Both the position numbers and the translations under genes were made by a program. Positions 1-9,822 of a stretch of 64,000 bases of DNA are shown one piece after another. The notes beneath the pieces were generated by a model. That model had not been told where the DNA came from, did not search any database, and worked only from the letters and a program-made list of their open reading frames with translations. Every line of letters begins with the position of its first letter. Positions within the stretch are counted from its first letter, which is position 1. Source of the DNA: Candidatus Dojkabacteria bacterium (lineage in GTDB: Bacteria > Patescibacteriota > Dojkabacteria > B142 > WJKM01); the NCBI GenBank assembly GCA_014729085.1, contig WJKM01000004.1:68345-132344 (forward strand), given 5' to 3'.

Positions 1-798
1 TAAAATAAAGACCATAAAGAATAGGAGGAATAACGCTAGAAAGGGTAATGCCAAAACTAAAAATGTTAGTATAGTAATTACCAATTTTAGTAAAAAAGTA
101 ATTAAAATTTCAGTAAAATTTTTAATAAAGTATCTCATGCCCTGATTTATTGAAGCAATGACCGATTGATCTTCTATGATCAACTTTCGTAAAGCAAAGG
201 GTTTAATACAACCTATAAAAATTGAGTACAAACCAAGAACCGCACATAATAAAATAACTATCAAACTTAGGATAATAGGGAAGCTACTTTCATCAAAAGA
301 TATATCACGGTTTGTATAAAAAATACTTATCATGCTTCCAAATATTATTAAAACTACAATAATAATCGGAAGAGCAAGTAGAACATTTTGCCCAAAAACC
401 TTTAACCAGTATTTATTTCCTAGATTCCAACTCTTCTTGAAATTAAGCTTTGAACCGTTAGTTATTTTTTCTGTAGCTTTGACCAATCCACTTTTTGCTT
501 TGTTTTTTATATATATTGAGATTAGTATCCATATAATTAACAAACTAATGCAGATTGCTCCTATAACTATCCACAGTTCCTCTGGAATGGACTTAATACT
601 TTGAACAATTGGGTCTAATTGTTGAGTCGCCTGGTCGAATCCATGTTCGACTTTACCTGGAAAATCAGATGATGAATCAAAGTCATTTCGAAAATTTGAA
701 CCACCACTGAAAAATGCAACAATCATCCCTAACAACCAAAGATATTTATGCTCCCACCAGAGCTTTACTGAATCTTTTAGGTTTTGTATATAATCCAT
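1..798 (-). CDS. Multi-pass membrane protein, partial (runs off the window start)
   Basis: Manual translation from ATG at 798: MDYIQNLKDSVKLWWEHKYLWLLGMIVAFFSGG..., several hydrophobic helices, open to position 1. Not in the ORF track. Confidence 0.75.
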   Translation of the reverse strand, partial: MDYIQNLKDSVKLWWEHKYLWLLGMIVAFFSGGSNFRNDFDSSSDFPGKVEHGFDQATQQLDPIVQSIKSIPEELWIVIGAICISLLIIWILISIYIKNKAKSGLVKATEKITNGSKLNFKKSWNLGNKYWLKVFGQNVLLALPIIIVVLIIFGSMISIFYTNRDISFDESSFPIILSLIVILLCAVLGLYSIFIGCIKPFALRKLIIEDQSVIASINQGMRYFIKNFTEILITFLLKLVITILTFLVLALPFLALFLLFFMVFIL

Positions 799-832
799 TG
801 AATTATTTTAAAATGTAAGAATATTCCTAAAA

Positions 833-2761
833 TTATAGAATTAAATCTCTTGACTGGAGTAAATAAATATCGCGATCTTTATTGATTGTCCATTCAACAT
901 CCTGAAGAGAATCAAAATTATCTTCTAACTTTGTATACATTGCAAACAATGCTCTTATTTCAACTTCAGATAAATTTATTTTTTCCTTTTTTCCTTCATC
1001 TAAAATTATTTTTTGAAGGAATTTATCTATTATAATCTTTCGGACTTCACCAGTTCCATCAACGACCTCAGATGCATAACCTTTCGTAGCCTCGATAACT
1101 ACCTGATCTCTTGTCTTCGTCTCAATGTTACCTCCAAAAATTACTCCTGAATATTTAGGCTTAATCATTTCTTGAATTACAACTGCCATCCTTATTGTTT
1201 TTATATCTAAACTTTTTGAGATTTGTTTTACATGGCTCGTTTTAGCAGATTTCCATACCTCAATAATTTTTTCTTTAAGCTTATCTTTTTTCACATTTAG
1301 ATAACTATCAAACTGTCCTGCAAAGGCGTTATTTTCATTATCCTCTACGTTAGCACTTGATCTAACTGCATATTTTTTAGCTGAGTCAAGTTCATCCAGC
1401 ATAGATTGGAACTCATCAGATTTAAAAAATTTCTTTTTATTCATTTTGTTTGATTTTATAACAAATCCTTGTGGTACGTTGTATCCAACTTCTATTAATT
1501 GACCAAGTCTAAATGCCTTACCTCCTACCTGTTCCACTGACTCAAGCGAAGCGCTATCAAGCCTGATTATATTTTCATCCTCTTTGATTCCGGTAAAAAT
1601 ACGAATTTTCGATTTTTCAGATGTTATTCTTACGTACTGACCATCCTTAAATTTCTTAGTCCCTACGACAAAGGCTCTATGCCCTGAATCTGTAAGTACT
1701 CTCATAGCATGAGCCGTTGCTGATGTTCCGGGATACAATATATTTAAATTTTCTCTAATTGAAGCCACCGAATTTAAAGTACCATAGTCCCTTGTTTTTA
1801 CAATATTATTAGAGATATATAAGATCTGACTCTTCTTCTTGGTAATTTTTGATATGTCTTCAGGCCCGTCAACTACTAATATCCTTCCCCTAATATTAAT
1901 ATCTATATCATTTTCTTCTTCCAACTCATAATCAATCACTTCGTTAAAAAATAATGATTCACCATCTGAGGAAAATTCAATTCTCTTAGGAAAGTCTGCA
2001 TATTTTGTACATTTATTACATACAAGCGCAGCCTCTAAGATTTCAAAGTCAGATAAAACTTGTTCAAACTGATGATGTATTGGAACTCTTATTTTCTGAT
2101 CTTGAGAGGTCTCTGTAGTACAAATAGCATAAAACTTCTGCGGTATTATCTTGTCTATTATTATCATTCTTTTTATATCAACTGTATATTCATCATAACC
2201 TTCTAAAGATTGAACACCTTCATGATTTCCATATACTGCTAAAACAGTAATGATATTTCCATGAATGTCTTTTGGTACAGCATAACCTCCTCTTGGAAAT
2301 ATCACATTATCCTTTATAGGAAATTTCAGCATTGGGGGATCTGTAAAAGGATAAAAAAAAGCCTCAATTTTACTTTTTGGCTTAAGATGATATTCTTGTT
2401 CAATTGCAAAATCATAAATTCCCTCTAGTGCTTTTAAGGCATCTTTAAATTCCTTAATATCCAGAAATCTAGGACCCGGAGGATTTTCAATCCCCGGAAC
2501 TACGTATGCCCTTCTAAATGCTAGTAGACCGGTTTTCGAGTTAGATAATAAAGATTTTACATTATTTTTTAAAGTTTCTAAAAAACTAGTTGCTAATTTC
2601 CCAGTTTTCTCATAAACTCTGAATTCTTCATCGGTAATAACCCTTGTTTCTTCTGATTTGGCAAATTCGAATTTCAAATCAGGTCTAATAGATTCAAGAA
2701 TTCTAATTCCATCAATACGTGGATTTGATGATTTATATTCGCTTGGCTTTAATATGGACAT
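833..2761 (-). CDS. PEP-utilizing/PPDK-family protein: divergent N-terminal ATP-grasp-like domain, phospho-His swivel domain, C-terminal PPDK_N domain
   Basis: C-terminal PPDK_N motifs VGGKA, VPQGF, AVRSSANVED, FAGQFDSYLNV, QDVEW, LLQSR. Central GTSATAHAMRVL resembles GGxTSHAAIVAR. Start moved to ATG 2761 (MSILKP) to avoid overlap with the divergent gene. Confidence 0.8.
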   Translation of the reverse strand: MSILKPSEYKSSNPRIDGIRILESIRPDLKFEFAKSEETRVITDEEFRVYEKTGKLATSFLETLKNNVKSLLSNSKTGLLAFRRAYVVPGIENPPGPRFLDIKEFKDALKALEGIYDFAIEQEYHLKPKSKIEAFFYPFTDPPMLKFPIKDNVIFPRGGYAVPKDIHGNIITVLAVYGNHEGVQSLEGYDEYTVDIKRMIIIDKIIPQKFYAICTTETSQDQKIRVPIHHQFEQVLSDFEILEAALVCNKCTKYADFPKRIEFSSDGESLFFNEVIDYELEEENDIDINIRGRILVVDGPEDISKITKKKSQILYISNNIVKTRDYGTLNSVASIRENLNILYPGTSATAHAMRVLTDSGHRAFVVGTKKFKDGQYVRITSEKSKIRIFTGIKEDENIIRLDSASLESVEQVGGKAFRLGQLIEVGYNVPQGFVIKSNKMNKKKFFKSDEFQSMLDELDSAKKYAVRSSANVEDNENNAFAGQFDSYLNVKKDKLKEKIIEVWKSAKTSHVKQISKSLDIKTIRMAVVIQEMIKPKYSGVIFGGNIETKTRDQVVIEATKGYASEVVDGTGEVRKIIIDKFLQKIILDEGKKEKINLSEVEIRALFAMYTKLEDNFDSLQDVEWTINKDRDIYLLQSRDLIL

Positions 2762-2888
2762 ATGGAATAATGAATTACATCTTTCTGTATTATACAAAAT
2801 GAATAATAAATAGCAAGAATCATATACCTTATATATCTGAAAGATATACCGCCTGGAATTCATTTCTGAAATCAACTTATTTAATTCT

Positions 2889-3644
2889 ATGTTTGAAAGT
2901 AATGAGATCAACTTAATAATTTCTGGATGGTTGGGAAGCGGATCTACTGTTACTTCACTTATATTAGCCTATCTCCTTCAAAAAAAATTTATTTATGCAG
3001 GTGCAACTTCTAGATTTATCGCACAAAGATTGGGATATGATACTTCTTCAGAGAGTTTTACAAAATATGAAAAAGAATTCGGCGAACAATTTGATTTAAT
3101 TTGGGAAAAATATATTCTTTGGAAAATTCAAGACCAAAAAAATATTTTAGTTAACAGTAAAATTACAGGCTTTTTCATTGACGACCCTGCATGGCTTTTC
3201 AAGGCTTATATAATTTCAGATCTAGAAGTAAGACAAGATAGAGCAGAAAAAGATAATAGAAAAGAAAAGCTCCAAAATCGCGAATCTCAACTTGAATATA
3301 GATGGAAAGAAATATTTAATATTGATTATAAAAATATTGAAGAAATTAGAGAAAACTATGATTTCTTAATAGATAATACCAATCTGACCATTTCCGAAAC
3401 TGTATTCAAAATATATTCAGCTTTAAGAAAGGCGCTTGGTTTGCAAGATATCTTTCTTCTAAGTGATATTCAGAAAATAGAAACGATATTGGAAAAGAAG
3501 GGAAAAATATATTTAATAAATAAACTTAAGGCTAACGAATTATTTATGGACCCTAAATCTATTATTGATGAATGGAAAAACAATTTTGATGAAGTGCTTA
3601 ATCAACTAGATCCTGAATGGGTTAAAATTGTAAACAGCATCTAG
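2889..3644 (+). CDS. Cytidylate kinase-like (archaeal Cmk-type) P-loop protein with atypical P-loop
   Basis: IISGWLGSGSTVTS, VNSKITGF, RE..LEYRWKEIFNID and YDFLIDNTNL match the archaeal-type Cmk layout. The Walker A Lys is absent. Confidence 0.65.
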   Translation: MFESNEINLIISGWLGSGSTVTSLILAYLLQKKFIYAGATSRFIAQRLGYDTSSESFTKYEKEFGEQFDLIWEKYILWKIQDQKNILVNSKITGFFIDDPAWLFKAYIISDLEVRQDRAEKDNRKEKLQNRESQLEYRWKEIFNIDYKNIEEIRENYDFLIDNTNLTISETVFKIYSALRKALGLQDIFLLSDIQKIETILEKKGKIYLINKLKANELFMDPKSIIDEWKNNFDEVLNQLDPEWVKIVNSI

Positions 3645-3759
3645 ACCTATAACTAGATAAGTCTTTTTTGTACTTGCTCATATCTTTCTATCCTCGATTT
3701 CTTTTTCTCGCTTTATGTTACAGCCTACTTACTAATATTATAGAAAGTGTTAAGTATCT

Positions 3760-3788
3760 TTGACATTATATAAACCTTATAGTATAAT
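3760..3788 (+). promoter_or_regulatory. Consensus sigma70 promoter for the large surface protein
   Basis: TTGACA (3760-3765), 17 bp spacer, TATAAT (3783-3788). Confidence 0.75.
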
Positions 3789-3897
3789 TTGATATATTTA
3801 TTATTTAACATGTAACATATTTTTGGTATTTTCGTATATATAAATATACGATTATGCACTTATTTTACATTTATCATATTTTTTAAATATTTTAATA

Positions 3898-6800
3898 ATG
3901 TCAAAGAAAAAACTCTTTACAGGAATACTTAGCGTATTTTTTCTAATATTGACAATTCCATTTGGAATTATCCTCATTAAGGCAGCTGGTATTCCTTACC
4001 ATAACACTTATTTTATCAATTCAACACCTCAAGACTACGGCTCTGATCAAGTAAATTGCGCTGAATATACTAATCTCGAATATGTAAGACCTATTTGGAG
4101 TGATGTAGAACCAACTGTTCCAAGACGCAGATTTAGGTACGGACTTCAAATCAACGTCCCAGCTGACGGACAGGGATTCATCGACTATACAGTTGGAGCA
4201 CCATATAGATATCCAGCAGACAGCCCTTGGATACAGTTTACAAATGAAGGACAGTACAGAACCAGAGTAAGAACAGAAGAAAATGTAGATACCTCAGATC
4301 CTGATTACGAAGAAGTAAGTGCATGGAGCTCACCTGTATGCAATATTTATTACGACATTACCTCACCTTTAGTAACTATAACAAACCCTGTTCAATCTCC
4401 AACTAACGCACTAAATAGTGATATTTCGTATGATATTGACAACGAAACTTTAGAATCAATTGAGAGACTCAGAATTAGATTAACTGGAGATATGGACCAT
4501 ACATTATTTAATAGTAATAATACTGATGAATGGGGATTAACAGATCCTGCAAATTTAATTGGAACTTTAAATCTAGATCTTTGTGATTACAACCCAATAA
4601 ATGAAATGTGTAATATTCAAGAAGGAGAATATACCCTAAGAGTCATTGCTCTTGATAAAGCAGGAAATGAAAGGGGACTAGCAACTCAAACCTTAAAAAT
4701 TGATCGGCAAGCTCCACAGGTAACTAGAAATTTTTCAGATTACCCATTGCATTACAACCCAACAACCGGAAATTTTGTCTTTAGATTTACAGCTAACGAT
4801 ACAGGAAGAGGTGAATCAAGAATTACTGGAGCAACAGCTGTCGATTGGAATGACGAAACTACACCTCTAGGTACTATCACATTTGATAGCCCACTTGATT
4901 CACATATTGAAACCTTTGTTTGGGATCCAACAGGACTTGCAGATGGATTCTACACAATTAAACTATGTGCAAGTGATGAAGCTGGAAACAATGGAGAAGT
5001 TGATTACGATGAATGCGAAGTACTAGACATATATATAGATACTACAGCTCCAACTGACCTAAACTGGGGAGATGCTTGGGAGTATGCAGCTAATAATGGA
5101 ATAACTCTATATACAAAACAAGATGACAATATTAGAGTAAATTGGGAATATGCCGGACAGGATGTAGTAAGATATACTTATTACACAAATTATCCAGATT
5201 TCCCACCTTTTGCTGCTGAGACAAGAGAATGTTCAGATCTTCCATTTAAGGAAAGTTCTACTGCAAACTTAACTGATGAATATGGAAACAGCAAATGTAC
5301 TGTTAATGGAAATAGTGTACCTGTTAATCAGTACGAACAATATCTTTCAAGAACTGGAAACCATACTTTTGAAGTGACCGTAAAAGACCTAGCAGGAAAC
5401 GAGAATCCAAATGTATTAAATGGTTTAACCATATATCATGATCCACAAGATCCAATGATTAGTTACCTCTATAGCAATGTGCAGAATAGTACTACGAATG
5501 GAGTATTTGATGTAACAGTAAATTCGGAAGATAATGAAAGTGGAGTAAAACTAATAAATATACAAATAGAATCAATTAGTACAGGTGTAACAGTATTTGA
5601 TCAATCATACGATAATCCGAATGGACATGAAACAGATTATTCACTTACTGAAACAATGGATGTTGCTAATTGGGACGGTCAAATAGATGATGGTTTTTAT
5701 CAACTTTGTACCTATACAGAGGACCATGCAGATGACTTAATATCTGATCATATGTTCTCAGGAGATGGCGATACTGTTGAAAATGAACAAGTAGGTAATC
5801 AAAGCACACAACAATGTTTTGCTTTTTATCTAGATATAACTGGTCCTGAATCTTATGCTGAACTAGTTGAAGGTTATATAGATGAACCTGAAGATGATCA
5901 AGATGTTGGTAGTCTAAGAGTTGAAAACCAGGGATGGTTTAATGTCGATGAATTCTTTATTGACCCAAGAGAAGGTACAAGAGGATTTAACTGGCATGAA
6001 GATTACACTAAATTCCAAATAAGAGTTGACGACTATACAACAGGAGGATCGGTTTACTACAAAATTATTGAAAATATTACTGATCCAGAAGTAGCATGTG
6101 GAGATACAGGATATACAAATACAAACAACGATAAAGTATTGTTTACATGGGACTGGGAATATGCACAGCAACACCCCGAATACCATCTAGTATTTGAACC
6201 AGAATTTATGCGAACTGAAAATATGCATAAATTATGTTACTTCGCTGAAGATGAAGCAGGAAATCGAGAATATAAAACTAATTACGAGATATTCAAAGTA
6301 GATGATACGCCTCCTGATATTTCTGTAACACCAAATGCAGATGACCAAGAGGACAACAACGGGGAAGTAGTATATGTATTCGATGAAAGTCCAGCTCAAT
6401 TTTCAACTGGATTAACAGATCAAGGAGGTAATACAATAGCTGGTGTAAGAAAATTGTATTACGACGTATACTCACTTTACTCTGTAAACGATGAATGCAG
6501 ATATTCACAGAACAAAATAGTTGACTCGGAGACTGTATACCCAGATGACAGGCAGGAACCAAAAGACTGGGCTGCACCAACTAGTGTAAACGACACAGTT
6601 TCTGTTGATTTACAAGAAGGTTATTACTGTATAAAATTTGAATCCAGAGATGATGCTAGAAATAAATCCGAAGTTAGATGGTTCAAATTACTTATTGATC
6701 CGGATGACTTAGCACCAGTAATCACCGCTATGACACCTGAACTTTCATCTACAAGTACAGTAATCAGACCAGGAGATGAATTTGAATTTGATACAACTGA

Positions 6801-8250
6801 TACAGATAGAGGAGATAATGATGTTGTTTCCTTTGAAATAACACCAAGTATTGGAAATGTTTCGGCTAACGGACAGGAAGCTCCAGATAGAACATTTACA
6901 TGGACAGTATCTGATGCTGATCTTGGTACATACTCAAACGTAAGATTTTGTGCAAGAGATGCTAGAGATAATATTGGAATACCACCAGATTCAACAGACA
7001 TTCCAACAGGGGACTATCCTTACAATCAAACTCCTGGAGAAGAATGCTATGTAATATCTGAATTAGAAATTACTGACGACAATGAGGCGCCAATTATTAC
7101 TACTCAGATTAATCAAGCTTTTCAAAACGTACTCAATGGTGACCCTGTTGAAGAAGATGTAAACTATACATTTGTTGTAGACGATTCCACAAGAGGAAAT
7201 AATGACATTGCAAGAGTAACTATTGAATCAACATTTGCAAATCTTAGATTCATCAACGCAGGTGATGCATTGGATTCTCCAACAGAAGAAGTTGCCTGGT
7301 ATGTTCCAGATGGAGCTCTAGAAAACGTAGATCCAGGCACATACTCAATCAGGCTATGTGGAGAAGATGTACTTGGAAATGCTGGAGATGGAAATGATAC
7401 ACAACTTCCAACTGGAGACCCTGACACCGATGTAGAGTGCTTCTTATTTGATATAGTAGTACCAGAAGAGACTCAGTGTACACTGGTTCTTGTCGGTGGT
7501 GAATGGGTATGCGAAGAACAATTGACACGTAGTACCAGATATACACATATGAGAAATCATACACAGAATGATGTTCCTTATGAATGGATAGACCCAAACT
7601 GGAATGATAATTGGATGGATGCATATGTAATAGCGGAAAACAAGGAAGATGGTGAATGGAGATCATGTAACTTTATTCCAGACGGAGGAACAGCACCAAG
7701 TTATTGCTACAATCAGGATTCTGTATACAAATTCTTCAATAAAAACTTTGCTCAAATAATATCGGCTAGACCAAGTGTAAATACAGCAAGTATGACTAGA
7801 GACTTCTTCAGACAGCAATTTAACCTTGTTGAAGGAAAACAAGTAGCAAGTGCAAAACTATATTTTACAGGAGATAATGTAACAAAATTCTGGATAGATG
7901 GAAATCCAATTGCCGCGAATCAAAATGGGAATCTTACAAACGAAGGAGTTTGTGATGGTTCGGCACAAGGTAATGGACATTACGGAGGAAGTATAAATAT
8001 GATAGATGTAACCGATAAACTAAATCAGAATTTATCTACACATCTGATTGCCGGAAACATTTTGAATACAAGACCTTGTGGAAGCAACCATCCTCACGGT
8101 GTTCAGTTCTACCTTTGGATACAATACACTGATGGAACGATTCATCCAGGTTCTACAAATCCTGTGAACCCTGGTGGCGGATATTCAGGTCAACAATATG
8201 TCATCCAGAAAGGATATGGAACTGAATTTGGAACTAATCTTTATCTCTAG
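3898..8250 (+). CDS. Large secreted/surface protein with tandem Ig-like repeats and a C-terminal jelly-roll/lectin-like domain
   Basis: N-terminal signal/TM helix. Many G.Y....A.D.AGN and D..(A/P)P repeat ends. C-terminal AKLYFTGDNVTKFWIDG. Acidic composition. Confidence 0.75.
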   Translation: MSKKKLFTGILSVFFLILTIPFGIILIKAAGIPYHNTYFINSTPQDYGSDQVNCAEYTNLEYVRPIWSDVEPTVPRRRFRYGLQINVPADGQGFIDYTVGAPYRYPADSPWIQFTNEGQYRTRVRTEENVDTSDPDYEEVSAWSSPVCNIYYDITSPLVTITNPVQSPTNALNSDISYDIDNETLESIERLRIRLTGDMDHTLFNSNNTDEWGLTDPANLIGTLNLDLCDYNPINEMCNIQEGEYTLRVIALDKAGNERGLATQTLKIDRQAPQVTRNFSDYPLHYNPTTGNFVFRFTANDTGRGESRITGATAVDWNDETTPLGTITFDSPLDSHIETFVWDPTGLADGFYTIKLCASDEAGNNGEVDYDECEVLDIYIDTTAPTDLNWGDAWEYAANNGITLYTKQDDNIRVNWEYAGQDVVRYTYYTNYPDFPPFAAETRECSDLPFKESSTANLTDEYGNSKCTVNGNSVPVNQYEQYLSRTGNHTFEVTVKDLAGNENPNVLNGLTIYHDPQDPMISYLYSNVQNSTTNGVFDVTVNSEDNESGVKLINIQIESISTGVTVFDQSYDNPNGHETDYSLTETMDVANWDGQIDDGFYQLCTYTEDHADDLISDHMFSGDGDTVENEQVGNQSTQQCFAFYLDITGPESYAELVEGYIDEPEDDQDVGSLRVENQGWFNVDEFFIDPREGTRGFNWHEDYTKFQIRVDDYTTGGSVYYKIIENITDPEVACGDTGYTNTNNDKVLFTWDWEYAQQHPEYHLVFEPEFMRTENMHKLCYFAEDEAGNREYKTNYEIFKVDDTPPDISVTPNADDQEDNNGEVVYVFDESPAQFSTGLTDQGGNTIAGVRKLYYDVYSLYSVNDECRYSQNKIVDSETVYPDDRQEPKDWAAPTSVNDTVSVDLQEGYYCIKFESRDDARNKSEVRWFKLLIDPDDLAPVITAMTPELSSTSTVIRPGDEFEFDTTDTDRGDNDVVSFEITPSIGNVSANGQEAPDRTFTWTVSDADLGTYSNVRFCARDARDNIGIPPDSTDIPTGDYPYNQTPGEECYVISELEITDDNEAPIITTQINQAFQNVLNGDPVEEDVNYTFVVDDSTRGNNDIARVTIESTFANLRFINAGDALDSPTEEVAWYVPDGALENVDPGTYSIRLCGEDVLGNAGDGNDTQLPTGDPDTDVECFLFDIVVPEETQCTLVLVGGEWVCEEQLTRSTRYTHMRNHTQNDVPYEWIDPNWNDNWMDAYVIAENKEDGEWRSCNFIPDGGTAPSYCYNQDSVYKFFNKNFAQIISARPSVNTASMTRDFFRQQFNLVEGKQVASAKLYFTGDNVTKFWIDGNPIAANQNGNLTNEGVCDGSAQGNGHYGGSINMIDVTDKLNQNLSTHLIAGNILNTRPCGSNHPHGVQFYLWIQYTDGTIHPGSTNPVNPGGGYSGQQYVIQKGYGTEFGTNLYL

Positions 8251-8277
8251 ATAAATTATTGTTAGATCCGAAAACTA

Positions 8278-8310
8278 AAAACCCTGCATCAAATAATGAT
8301 GCAGGGTTTT
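8278..8310. terminator. Bidirectional intrinsic terminator
   Basis: AAAACCCTGCATCA-aataa-TGATGCAGGGTTTT perfect hairpin between convergent genes. Confidence 0.85.
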
Positions 8311-8342
8311 ACTATAAAAATACTATCAAGATATTCGAAAAA

Positions 8343-9095
8343 TTAAACACCTAATGATTTTTTGATATATGCAGCAAAACGCTCCATAACAATTTCCGTC
8401 CTTTCATTATTCTTAAGTCCCGGTCTAGATCTAATAAACTGACTCAATTCATGTAGTTTGATAATCAACTCACCCATATATATATCATCTATTTTATTAA
8501 TCAGTTTCGAATAATTTCCCCAATTATAAAGCAATGTACGGTCTTTCAGTAATTTTTTATTTTTAATCTTATTATTCCAATTTTTAGCATCTTGTAATTT
8601 TTGCATGAATTTACTAATAAAATTTAATCTCTTATTAACTTGTTGAACAATATAGTCAACATCTAAAGTACCTGGACAACTAGTAGGCGAATCACTAATT
8701 TCCTTATGTAACCAGGCATTCACACCTCTTTTAAGGGTAAATCCGTGTTTTACGCATAGGTTAACACAAAGTTCAATACTAGTTTCATGACATGTGGTTG
8801 TAGGTTTTTTACGTTTTCCATCTTTTAATTGTCCACCCGCATGTTCAATTCCAATATACCTAATATTTGCAGAAGAATTACCTGCATGCCACGCAATATA
8901 TTCATCTTGTACATATTGATGAACCGCTCCTCTTGAACCGACACCATAATGAGCTGATGCTTTCCTATCTGGATCTTTAAAAGTTCTATCAGCACTGCTT
9001 AACTCGCCAACAATCCAATGAAAAACTATACCTTGTTTAGTTGATTTTGTCTTTGAATAATTATTTGGATCGGCAGGTACTTGTCTAATATTCAT
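8343..9095 (-). CDS. N-acetylmuramoyl-L-alanine amidase (Amidase_2)
   Basis: IVFHW, SAHYGV, AWHAGN..AN...IGIEH, LHKE and TSCPG zinc-amidase motifs. Confidence 0.9.
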   Translation of the reverse strand: MNIRQVPADPNNYSKTKSTKQGIVFHWIVGELSSADRTFKDPDRKASAHYGVGSRGAVHQYVQDEYIAWHAGNSSANIRYIGIEHAGGQLKDGKRKKPTTTCHETSIELCVNLCVKHGFTLKRGVNAWLHKEISDSPTSCPGTLDVDYIVQQVNKRLNFISKFMQKLQDAKNWNNKIKNKKLLKDRTLLYNWGNYSKLINKIDDIYMGELIIKLHELSQFIRSRPGLKNNERTEIVMERFAAYIKKSLGV

Positions 9096-9222
9096 TATTA
9101 ATTTTGATGGTAATATAAAAAGAATATCAAAATAAATTATTAATATCCAGTATCTTAATAGATAAATTGCCTTATTATTTTAAAAAATAATATAATACTA
9201 AGATTAAAGTTATTAATAAAAA

Positions 9223-9822
9223 ATGTTAAAAACCAAATTGTTAGTTTTAAAAGAAAATTTTGACTTTTATAAATGCATCTCATTTATATTTAATCCTATA
9301 TTTCTTGCATTTACTCTCTTTATTATTCTAGTATCTGAATACAACATAAGAACAAAACATATAGCAATCATCAGTTTCATACAAATTATTATTCCACTCT
9401 CATATTTTTTATACAGCCTAATCAAAAAAAAGATTGATTTTGATCTGACAGAAAGACAAAAAAGATTACCTTTTATGTTAGCGACATTAGGCACCAGTTT
9501 AATTTCTTCATATTTTTTACTTCAATGGAAATACTATAAAATCCTAAATATAACATTTCCTGTTATCATAATAATCGCAATCGCCTTACTAATAACATTT
9601 AAATGGAAAATCAGCCTACATTCCCTTACTAATACTATTTTTTTAATCGTATTAGGAAAATATTTTGATAAATATATCTACTTAGCAATACCTTTTGTAA
9701 TTCCTCTTATTTCAATATCAAGATATAAGCTCAAAAAACATACCATTGCACAATTAATTGCGGGTGTCTTACTAGGTTTTTCATATTTAATAATTAATTA
9801 TTATATCTACTTTAAATCCTAA
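9223..9822 (+). CDS. PAP2-like membrane protein
   Basis: Multiple TM helices. WKISLH and SRYKLKKHT..Q...G motifs. Confidence 0.7.
   Translation: MLKTKLLVLKENFDFYKCISFIFNPIFLAFTLFIILVSEYNIRTKHIAIISFIQIIIPLSYFLYSLIKKKIDFDLTERQKRLPFMLATLGTSLISSYFLLQWKYYKILNITFPVIIIIAIALLITFKWKISLHSLTNTIFLIVLGKYFDKYIYLAIPFVIPLISISRYKLKKHTIAQLIAGVLLGFSYLIINYYIYFKS

Noticed and set aside
2762-2911. N-terminal 50 aa extension of the PEP-utilizer ORF
   Set aside because: It overlaps the divergent Cmk-like gene start and spans the likely promoter region.
5914-7666. Antisense and alternate-frame short ORFs here and within other long genes
   Set aside because: They are shadow ORFs of well-supported CDSs and carry no motifs.
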